Program-made: the position numbers and the translations under genes | The notes under the pieces: model-generated | What the model saw: only the letters and a program-made list of their open reading frames with translations | Told to the model about the DNA's origin: nothing | Databases searched by the model: none | Source: a virus | Taxonomy: Duplodnaviria > Caudoviricetes | IMG/VR virus record: IMGVR_UViG_3300020042_002183 | Span: 1 to 52,659 of that record | Length of the DNA stretch: 52,659 nt | Reading direction: 5' to 3' (one strand) | Part shown: positions 34,714-42,256 of the stretch, piece after piece | Layout of the letters: every line of letters begins with the position of its first letter | Numbering within the stretch: position 1 is the first letter of the stretch

Positions 34714-35357
34714 TTCTCGAAGATACAGGCAGTAATTTTAAACCCGTCCCCGCAGGAGCGCACCTTGCTCGTTGCTATCGCATCATTGACATGGGGACAC
34801 AAGAAACCAGCTTTGAGGGCGTTACGGACTACAAGCGCAAGCTCAAATTCGTGTGGGAAGTCCATGGCGAAGAAGAGGATGGAACCCCCCTCAAAACAGA
34901 AAAGAACGAGCCGTTTATCATCACCAAGGACTACACGAATACTTGGGGTGAAAAGGGCACTCTGCGCAAGGATTTGCAATCTTGGCGTGGCAAAGAGTTC
35001 ACCAACGAAGAGCAACGCCGCTTTGACATCAAGAATGTGCTCGACAAGTGGTGCATGATCAATGTCACCCACAAGGCAGGAAAGAGCGCTGGCAAGGTTT
35101 ACGCCAATGTCACCGCCCTCACCCCCGTTCCCTCGCGGATCAAGTCCATGGGGCTTCCTGCGGCCTTCAACAAGGCTCAAATTTTTACCATGTCTGAGCC
35201 TGACATGGTAATGTTTGAAACCTTCTCTGAGTGGCTGAAAAAACAAATTATGAGCAGCCCTGAGTGGAAAACCCTTCAGAACAGTCCAGCCAAAGAGTCC
35301 AAGGAGTCCAAAGCCTCCAGCGGGTTTGACGACATGGACGACGACATTCCGTTCTGA
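34710..35357 (+). CDS. ssb: Phage single-stranded DNA-binding protein
   Basis: PAGAHLARCYRIIDMGTQ OB-type N-terminus; acidic tail DDMDDDIPF. Confidence 0.8.
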   Translation: MILEDTGSNFKPVPAGAHLARCYRIIDMGTQETSFEGVTDYKRKLKFVWEVHGEEEDGTPLKTEKNEPFIITKDYTNTWGEKGTLRKDLQSWRGKEFTNEEQRRFDIKNVLDKWCMINVTHKAGKSAGKVYANVTALTPVPSRIKSMGLPAAFNKAQIFTMSEPDMVMFETFSEWLKKQIMSSPEWKTLQNSPAKESKESKASSGFDDMDDDIPF

Positions 35358-35365
35358 GGTGGCGT

Positions 35366-35689
35366 ATGAGCGATTTCAAAAAACTGTTTCGACGCGATGC
35401 GATGGATACCTCAATATCTGCCGCCGCCAGCATCTACCCAGATTTGAAAAAGCTCCAATTGGAGGTGCTGGTTTTTGCCAAGCACCGTCCAAATGGCTTT
35501 ACTGATGAGCAGATGAACGAGTTCTTTGAGACCCACCGATCCACCTTCAGGGCAAGGCGCTCTGAATTGGTGGACAAGGGGCTTGTTGTCGATAGCGGCA
35601 AGCGCTGGGCAATGACAAATGGCAGGAATGCCACTGTGTGGATGTGCAGAGAATTTGCAGACCCACAACTAACTCTTGAAGGACTTTGA
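35366..35689 (+). CDS. Winged-helix DNA-binding protein
   Basis: GFTDEQM...STFRARRSELVDKGLVVDSG.R....GR.A.VW. Confidence 0.7.
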   Translation: MSDFKKLFRRDAMDTSISAAASIYPDLKKLQLEVLVFAKHRPNGFTDEQMNEFFETHRSTFRARRSELVDKGLVVDSGKRWAMTNGRNATVWMCREFADPQLTLEGL

Positions 35690-35973
35690 TGAAATACCTC
35701 ATCTTGCTATTGGCTTTAACAGGATGCGCTTCTGGGTCGTCTCAAAATGCCAGCATGGAGCAATCCAACCATATCTCCACCAACGGGAACCAAACCCTGC
35801 TCTTAGACAGACAAGTGCAGGAGATGACTCGCAACGAGGTGATCATGGCGATCCACGATTGCGAAGGAAACGGTCTTCGGGCTGTTGTCCAAACCACCAA
35901 GCGTCGCATCAACGGCACGGCATCTGACATTGTCTTCAACGTCACTTGCGCCCCTCGTCTTCGCTTTTTTTAA
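35686..35973 (+). CDS. Lipoprotein
   Basis: MMKYLILLLALTGC signal peptide with LTGC lipobox. Confidence 0.8.
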   Translation: MMKYLILLLALTGCASGSSQNASMEQSNHISTNGNQTLLLDRQVQEMTRNEVIMAIHDCEGNGLRAVVQTTKRRINGTASDIVFNVTCAPRLRFF

Positions 35974-35982
35974 GGAGGCATC

Positions 35983-36291
35983 ATGAAGAAAAAAAAATTG
36001 TCTTACTTAAAAGTTGATATTGATTACATTGATCCCGTAACAATGGAAAAAGTTTGTTCTTTTAATCAATGTATTGATAAATTTACCGTGGAGTTGCAAG
36101 AAGAGATAACAACATATCCAAGATGGAAAGATGGACTACCTCTTGTAAAGACTTCATATTTTCACGCTTGTTCTGATTGTGGTCGTAAACACAAATCCAG
36201 AGCAGACAAAATAAAAAGTACAAGCAGTTTTTATGAAGCCGCCGCTGGTGGTGGAAATGAATTAAACAAAATGGAAAGAGAATCAAAATGA
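35983..36291 (+). CDS. AT-rich hypothetical protein with CxxC
   Basis: AAGGAGG RBS; CSDCGR; low GC. Confidence 0.7.
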   Translation: MKKKKLSYLKVDIDYIDPVTMEKVCSFNQCIDKFTVELQEEITTYPRWKDGLPLVKTSYFHACSDCGRKHKSRADKIKSTSSFYEAAAGGGNELNKMERESK

Positions 36292-37061
36292 CCACACTTG
36301 TTGCAAGAGCATCGGAGTCCCTGCATTGGTACAACCGTGATGGCTCACCCCAGTACACGGTCAAGGCCAAGAACGGGAGTAATCGCTCCACAACCCTGCG
36401 TGACGCTCGAACTATGAGCTTGGTTCCTTCGGTAACCACCATCATCAAGAGCGCCGCCAGCCCCGGCCTAGAGGCTTGGAAGCTCAACCAGATGCTTCTT
36501 GCCGCCCTGACCCTTCCACGCGCTCCTGACGAGGCTGAGACCTCGTTTGTCCAGCGAGTCATTGCTGACTCCAAGGAACACGCCAAGATGGCCGCAGAGC
36601 GTGGAACCAAGGTGCATGAGGCGGTTGAGTCCTTCTACAACGGGGTCATGCAGGCAGACATGATGGAGTATCAGGTCGGTGTCTACACCAAGCTTGAGGA
36701 CACCTACGGCATCACAAAGTTCGATTGTGAGAAGTCGTTTGCCCATGAGCTTGGGTTTGGCGGCAAGGTGGACTTGTTCTCCAGCACGGCGTTTGAGGGC
36801 AAGGGGCTGGTGCTGGACATCAAGAGCAAGGAGTTCACCGATCCCGCCAAGGTGGATGCCTACGACGAGCACATGATGCAGTTGTCGGCTTATCGCGTGG
36901 GGCTGGGCATACCAGACGCAGTGACAGCCAACGTATTTGTCTCGGTGCTACAACCCGGCCTTGTCGTGGTCAAGGAATGGACACCCGAGGAAGCAAACCG
37001 TGGCTGGACTATGTTCCAGTCCCTGCTCAACTTTTGGCAAGCCAAAAACCAACACAAGTAA
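36288..37061 (+). CDS. PD-(D/E)XK exonuclease (Cas4/RecB-like)
   Basis: PSVTTII, RGTKVH, EKSF, GGKVDL, LDIKSK, QLSAY motifs. Confidence 0.85.
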   Translation: MTTLVARASESLHWYNRDGSPQYTVKAKNGSNRSTTLRDARTMSLVPSVTTIIKSAASPGLEAWKLNQMLLAALTLPRAPDEAETSFVQRVIADSKEHAKMAAERGTKVHEAVESFYNGVMQADMMEYQVGVYTKLEDTYGITKFDCEKSFAHELGFGGKVDLFSSTAFEGKGLVLDIKSKEFTDPAKVDAYDEHMMQLSAYRVGLGIPDAVTANVFVSVLQPGLVVVKEWTPEEANRGWTMFQSLLNFWQAKNQHK

Positions 37062-37068
37062 GGAATCT

Positions 37069-37221
37069 ATGTTTGGAGCACTCATCGGATTCGGCTGCTT
37101 TGCAGCGTGGCTCACCCACATCTTCACTTGCTTTTCACAAGGCTTGTGGGGGTTTCTTGTTGCTGGCGCAATCATGTTTCCAATTGGAATCTTGCACGGC
37201 ATTTATCTTTGGTTCAAGTGA
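37069..37221 (+). CDS. Small two-TM membrane protein
   Basis: MFGALIGFGCFAAWLTHIFTCF...GFLVAGAIMFPIGILHGIYLWF. Confidence 0.7.
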   Translation: MFGALIGFGCFAAWLTHIFTCFSQGLWGFLVAGAIMFPIGILHGIYLWFK

Positions 37222-37232
37222 AAGGAAAAATT

Positions 37233-37784
37233 ATGAAATTCGGAGAAGCAATTACTTTATTGAATGCTGGTCATCCAGTAACTCGCCATGGCTGGAATGG
37301 GAAAGGCATGTTCTTGATTCGTGCAGGGGGCTACATGGTTGAGGCTGACGAGGTAAAGCCAAACGGGCCTATCAATGCAGAGTTCTTAAAACGCCATGGC
37401 TTGACCCACTTGGAAATTTTGCCGCACATTGACATGTGGACAGTCAACTCAGAAGGCAGGCAGGCTTACCTACCCGGCTGGTTGGCATCGCAATCAGACA
37501 TGCTTGCTGATGACTGGATGGAGTACAAAGAGCCTGTTGAAGAAGAACCCCATCGGATTACCTTATCGAGTGAACGAGTTCAGGCTCTGAAATTGGCTGG
37601 ATTTTGGAATGATTCAGTTAAACGGGATCAGATGATCAGAAAATATGCTGACTTGGTTAGAGAGTTAAAAGAGCATGAAGAGGAATCTGTGCCTACCAAA
37701 AAGCCAAAAAAACTTCACTGGACTCAAACCGCAAAAGGCAGAAAAATCATGGCAAACCGCAAACCACGAGGGTCTAAGAAATGA
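37233..37784 (+). CDS. tad2: Tad2/DUF2829 anti-defence sponge with C-terminal scaffold-like segment and basic tail
   Basis: MKFGEAI..L..G..V.R.GWNGKGMFL...PHIDM...PGWLASQSDMLADDW DUF2829 signature; ATG at 37233 after AGGA. Confidence 0.85.
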   Translation: MKFGEAITLLNAGHPVTRHGWNGKGMFLIRAGGYMVEADEVKPNGPINAEFLKRHGLTHLEILPHIDMWTVNSEGRQAYLPGWLASQSDMLADDWMEYKEPVEEEPHRITLSSERVQALKLAGFWNDSVKRDQMIRKYADLVRELKEHEEESVPTKKPKKLHWTQTAKGRKIMANRKPRGSKK

Positions 37785-38011
37785 CCAGCCCATGCCTGAC
37801 TGCTGACAAGGTCAGCGAAGTCTTTCGCAAGCTTCATCTTGAGGAGAACTACAACTTCCTCCAAGAAGACCTGCAAAAGCTTGCTGATGCCTTTGTAATG
37901 GCCGCAGAGCCTGCAATAACCGCCGCAGAGCGGGACAAGTGCGTGACCTTTGTGCGTTCTCTGAACACTCAGGTTGCGCAATCCTTAAAGGGATTCAAAG
38001 GCGAGGTCTAA
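37781..38011 (+). CDS. Hypothetical protein
   Basis: 76 aa, ATGA coupling to tad2. Confidence 0.7.
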   Translation: MTSPCLTADKVSEVFRKLHLEENYNFLQEDLQKLADAFVMAAEPAITAAERDKCVTFVRSLNTQVAQSLKGFKGEV

Positions 38012-38037
38012 AAAAAACCCTCCCCAAAAGGGAAGGG
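38010..38037 (-). terminator. Rho-independent terminator at the convergence of late and early operons
   Basis: Minus strand CCCTTCCC-TTTTG-GGGAGGG followed by T8. Confidence 0.7.
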
Positions 38038-38113
38038 CCGTGAAAGCTCCGTCTGTCGTGGCAACTGCGGGAGCTACTGGGGGAGACTACCCAGTATTTG
38101 GGCGCTCACAGGG

Positions 38114-39562
38114 TTATCGCCCTGTGGGCGTTTGATTTGCCTGACTCAATGGGCTGGATTGGCGCATGTAGTCGATGATCAGGTTTGCCATGGGAGCGGC
38201 CATAGCCAGTCCGCCACCAACCACTCGCGTCACTGGGTGCGGAATAATAGCTGCGGCAGAACCCAGCGCACCCAAACCAGAGATGCCTGCGCCCAGCATG
38301 TCGCCGCGCCTGTACCTCTCGGCAGCATCGTTGGCCTCAGTAATCGCTCCAAAGCCTCCCAAAGCGCCTGTGGCGGCTGGGCCGATCACGGGGATGTCCA
38401 TGGCCCTGCGACCCATATTGATCGCCTGACGGGCCAACGAAGGCCTCTGCTGTGGCAATGCTCCCGATGGGGCTTGGGGCATGGGAGCGCCCATGGAAGG
38501 CTCACCCGGACGAATGCTGCCGATGTCTGGGACCATTGGTGGTGGGCGTGGGCCACTCATAGGCCGTGGCCCTGCCGTGGGGCGTGGCTCAACGGTGGGG
38601 TAAAGAACACCAGAGGCCGAAGAGGTCATTCCCGGCGCTTGGGCCAGTATTTGCCTAACCTGCGGGTTGGTGGCCCTCATCTCGTTGGCAACCGCCGCCC
38701 TTCGGGAAGTCTCGGTTTGGTAGCCCTCTTGACGAGCACGACCCGTGGTTCCCAAAGTATCGCCCTGACCGCCCTGCAAGATGCGGGTGGACTGAGCAGA
38801 TGGCCCAGAGTTCAAGGTCGGCTCTAGAGGCGAAATGGAAGCAACTGAGGGCGTTGACAATCCACCTGAAGGGTTTGGCAACGCGCCAGCAGGCGCTTTG
38901 TTTGCCAATGCTTGTGCAATTTTTTCAGCCGTTCTGTCCAACCTATTGTTGTTCATGCGACTGCGGGTATCCATGTAGGTGCTTGCAGTTGCGCCTAAGC
39001 CAGCGCCACCCATTTGCATAAGTTGCATGCGATCTTGTGCAGCCTGCCGCGCCATGTCTCCTTCAGAAACCACAACAGATCCGTTACCCTCGGAAGTTGC
39101 GGCTGCTGGTGGTTGCTCTTCACTCATCAACACAGAAGGAATATTGTCGTTGGTGAATTTGCCAATTCGGTCAATGTAATTCAGTGCATTTGGCCCCAAA
39201 TCTGCATAGTCATTGGTTTCAAAGAACTTGAGATCGGGGCCACTGTGATAGCCAGCCAATACCCTTATGGGGTCGGCTTTTATGCGTGGGTCTTCCGAAA
39301 GTTGCCGTATCAAAAGCAAGCCACCACGGATGTTGTCGTCCTCGTCGTAAGGATCGACCTTCAGCCCCTTGGCGGTAGCTGGCATAAGTTGCATGGGGCC
39401 GATTGCACCCTTCTCGGACGTTCTGTCCTTGAACATGTTCTCTGCCATGGCGATGCTAAGAGCAAAGTCTGGGTTTACCCCATACGCAGGCGCTCTTTCA
39501 AGAATCTTTCGAGCAACACGCGCTTGGTTCTCATCAAGCATGGATTTTGGTTCATCAGCCAT
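38114..39562 (-). CDS. Virion ejection protein with N-terminal lytic transglycosylase (SLT) domain
   Basis: IAMAEN...SEKGAIGPMQLMPATA...DNIRGG...LAGYHSG SLT motifs. Confidence 0.85.
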   Translation of the reverse strand: MADEPKSMLDENQARVARKILERAPAYGVNPDFALSIAMAENMFKDRTSEKGAIGPMQLMPATAKGLKVDPYDEDDNIRGGLLLIRQLSEDPRIKADPIRVLAGYHSGPDLKFFETNDYADLGPNALNYIDRIGKFTNDNIPSVLMSEEQPPAAATSEGNGSVVVSEGDMARQAAQDRMQLMQMGGAGLGATASTYMDTRSRMNNNRLDRTAEKIAQALANKAPAGALPNPSGGLSTPSVASISPLEPTLNSGPSAQSTRILQGGQGDTLGTTGRARQEGYQTETSRRAAVANEMRATNPQVRQILAQAPGMTSSASGVLYPTVEPRPTAGPRPMSGPRPPPMVPDIGSIRPGEPSMGAPMPQAPSGALPQQRPSLARQAINMGRRAMDIPVIGPAATGALGGFGAITEANDAAERYRRGDMLGAGISGLGALGSAAAIIPHPVTRVVGGGLAMAAPMANLIIDYMRQSSPLSQANQTPTGR

Positions 39563-39564
39563 GT

Positions 39565-41157
39565 TTATTGCCTCGGTTTTTGTTTGGATTTTTCAATGGC
39601 TTCTCTAACTTTATCCAATTCCGTTCTTTTGTCAGCAGAGCCGCTACTTGGGGAGCCGCCTGCACTTGGAGGCGCATTCTTTTTGGGCGCGTCTGGCGGA
39701 TACACAATTGATGAGATCCGCTTCCTGTAGGCGGAAAACAAGTCATCGAACTCTTGCGTAGCCTCAAAATCTTCAAACTGCATTGTCCCCTTGAGCTTCC
39801 TTGCAACTGCTCGATCAAAGTTGGCCTTCTCTTTCATGAACGCCAATTTTTTAAGGTACGCATCGTAAGGGTCTTTTGCGTTTGGCCCCATTTGATTGAC
39901 CATGCTTTGCTCAAAGTTAGATACAGATGTGCCAGAACCCAAACCTTGGCGTTGTTGAAATTGCCACTGAGCTTCAATTTGCGCCAGTTGAGCAAGGGCG
40001 CTAAGTGTTGCTTCGTCGGTCACATATTGTTGGGCAACTTTTCTAAACGAAGGAATACTGATGGACAAAGAGCCAATCCTAATGCCCTCATCAGCCACCG
40101 ACCCTATTGCTGAAAGCATGTCTGGCTTTTCGAGCACACCCAAAACATCGCGCAACTTGGGGTTTGCCTTTATGAGAGCTTCGGCTCTATCAAACAATGG
40201 CAACAGTGCCAACGAAGCATCGCCAGTCTGCTTGTACTTTGTTGTTGCGTCCACGCTTGCTGCGGCTGATTTTTCAAGAATCTGTTTTTTCCGCGCCGCT
40301 TCCGCTTCAATATCACCTTTTGTAATTGGCGCAGGTGATACAGCAGGCGCTCCAGCGCTTAACGGCGGAGTAATTTTTGTGCCGTCTTGGGGCGGAGTTT
40401 GTCCCGTTGGAGTTGCGCCAATTACCGATGAGGGAGCATCGCCGCTTGGAAGTGGTTTGGTTGCAGCGTCAACGATAGACCAATATGTTTTCCAGTCTTT
40501 GGCTGCCTTTGCTGCATCAAGCGCTGTTGCTTCTGATTTTGTAAAGTCAACAGCGCCAGCTTTTTTGCCATCGGGCCAAATAATGTTGCGCGTCACTGGG
40601 GCTTCGCCGGGTGTGGCGTTCCACACAGGCGGAGACTTGCTGGTATCCCAATAACCTCCAGCCTGCACCTTCATTTGCTTATCTTTTGCATCCAAATACT
40701 TGTACAGCAATTCGCCTTTATCTGGATACTGCGAAGCAACTTTTGCAGCTAATTCAGGTGTGATTTTAGAAAATCCTGCTGGAAACCTTTGCCCACCCAC
40801 CTCTATTGTGTCGCCGCTAAAAAGCTGGTTCACCATTTGAGAACCTCGTGTAGCTTGGCGTTGACCCAACTCACCCTGAGCCAATTGCAAGCGAAGTGCA
40901 GCCCTCTCTCTGGCCGTCTTTTCCTCAGCAGTAGCAGCTTCGGTGTACCCCTTGGCGGCGTTGCCAAGAGACTCGCCAAACGAGCCAGTCTGGGTAGGCG
41001 CAAGAAAGCCCTGCGCAATCGCCATCAATTGAGGATCGAAAGGCATCTTCCTTGACTTTAGCGATTGGCTCAAGTCTTTGTACTGATCTTTGATCTCAAG
41101 GATCAAGTCCTGATCTTCTGGATCAGGCGAGTAGAGTGATGGTAGTTTTTCTGCCAT
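39565..41157 (-). CDS. Internal virion / ejection protein
   Basis: 530 aa helical; AQGFLAPTQTGSFGESLGNAA, GTSVSNFE; within the ejection cluster. Confidence 0.65.
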   Translation of the reverse strand: MAEKLPSLYSPDPEDQDLILEIKDQYKDLSQSLKSRKMPFDPQLMAIAQGFLAPTQTGSFGESLGNAAKGYTEAATAEEKTARERAALRLQLAQGELGQRQATRGSQMVNQLFSGDTIEVGGQRFPAGFSKITPELAAKVASQYPDKGELLYKYLDAKDKQMKVQAGGYWDTSKSPPVWNATPGEAPVTRNIIWPDGKKAGAVDFTKSEATALDAAKAAKDWKTYWSIVDAATKPLPSGDAPSSVIGATPTGQTPPQDGTKITPPLSAGAPAVSPAPITKGDIEAEAARKKQILEKSAAASVDATTKYKQTGDASLALLPLFDRAEALIKANPKLRDVLGVLEKPDMLSAIGSVADEGIRIGSLSISIPSFRKVAQQYVTDEATLSALAQLAQIEAQWQFQQRQGLGSGTSVSNFEQSMVNQMGPNAKDPYDAYLKKLAFMKEKANFDRAVARKLKGTMQFEDFEATQEFDDLFSAYRKRISSIVYPPDAPKKNAPPSAGGSPSSGSADKRTELDKVREAIEKSKQKPRQ

Positions 41158-41167
41158 GATTTATTCC

Positions 41168-42244
41168 TTAGGAATCCCACCAGTCAACATAGTTGTCGTC
41201 GGTCTCATCGTTGCCATAATCAATTGAAATTGGCGGTAAATCCCCAACAGGGTAATTTCGGTCAGGGCTGTACACTGGATAGCTAATAGCTCCACCACCA
41301 TAGCCGCCACCGTAGCCACCACCACCGCTACCACCGCCAATGCTGCCTATCAATTTACCCAGCCAATCCATGCCGCCACCCACAAGGCTTCTACCTAAAC
41401 CATCTTTTCCTGAGCCGCCAAACAAAGCGCCAAGCAATGCAGAGCCGCCTGTAATTTGCGACAAAGGTGAGTTGGAGTAAACGCCAGCCTTTGGCCCCAA
41501 GAAAGTCTCTGTCGTGCTCATTGGCACGTTGTAGCCCCGCATGAGGGCCGAGGCGTTCATGGCGTTTTGTAGCGGCGCATTGATACGAGCCTGCTCCAGT
41601 GCCTGCTGTTGAGCGCCAGCCCCCAGTTGAGCGTTTATGCCAGCCAAACCCAAGTCTTGTTGCGCTTTTGCCAAAGAACCTTGAACTTGAGCGGCCTGAG
41701 TCTTTTGCTGGGCATTTGCCAGTGCCGCTTGCAGTGCTTGGCTGTACCCAGATGACAAGGCTCCCTGCTGCTGACCAGTCAGGTTGGTTTGGATGTCCTC
41801 CAAAGTCTGACCAGTTGCATTCGCGTATCGTTGACCACCCAAACCACCAGAACCCACAAACGCGCCCTTGAGTTGAGGGATGAGGCTTCTGTTGACGTTT
41901 TTGTTGGTCAGTCGAGCCATCTCGTCCACCACATTGCTGGTGTACGGATTAAGCATGGTTTGAACGCCCTCTGGGGTAATGCCAGCCGCGCCTTGAGAGG
42001 CCGTGTTAATGGCAGAGGTCAGCGCAGGCTTGTAGGAGCCAGCCACATTCGGAAGATTGGCAAATGCCTGCTGCTGCAATGGACTAAAACCTGCAACCAA
42101 CTGGCTTGCAGGCAGACCCATTTGCTGTATGCCTGTCTTAGACAGGGCCGACATATAGTCGTTGTAATAGCTTGGCGCAGCGGAACTGGTCGAGGTCGTC
42201 GTTCTTACGTCTGGGAGCGCTCCACCTTGGAATATTGATGCCAT
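41168..42244 (-). CDS. DNA pilot / ejection protein
   Basis: Gln/Gly/Ala rich; VAGFSPLQQQAF, LNPYTSNVV, GAFVGSGGLGGQR. Confidence 0.65.
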   Translation of the reverse strand: MASIFQGGALPDVRTTTSTSSAAPSYYNDYMSALSKTGIQQMGLPASQLVAGFSPLQQQAFANLPNVAGSYKPALTSAINTASQGAAGITPEGVQTMLNPYTSNVVDEMARLTNKNVNRSLIPQLKGAFVGSGGLGGQRYANATGQTLEDIQTNLTGQQQGALSSGYSQALQAALANAQQKTQAAQVQGSLAKAQQDLGLAGINAQLGAGAQQQALEQARINAPLQNAMNASALMRGYNVPMSTTETFLGPKAGVYSNSPLSQITGGSALLGALFGGSGKDGLGRSLVGGGMDWLGKLIGSIGGGSGGGGYGGGYGGGAISYPVYSPDRNYPVGDLPPISIDYGNDETDDNYVDWWDS

Positions 42245-42256
42245 GGTCTTTTTTCC

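Noticed and set aside
36288-37061. Cas4 / CRISPR association
   Set aside because: It is a stand-alone phage PD-(D/E)XK exonuclease near SSB, with no Fe-S cysteine set and no array.
38045-38097. Two further hairpins between the convergent operons
   Set aside because: They are probably part of ordinary termination or 3' end protection, with no evidence for a separate RNA.
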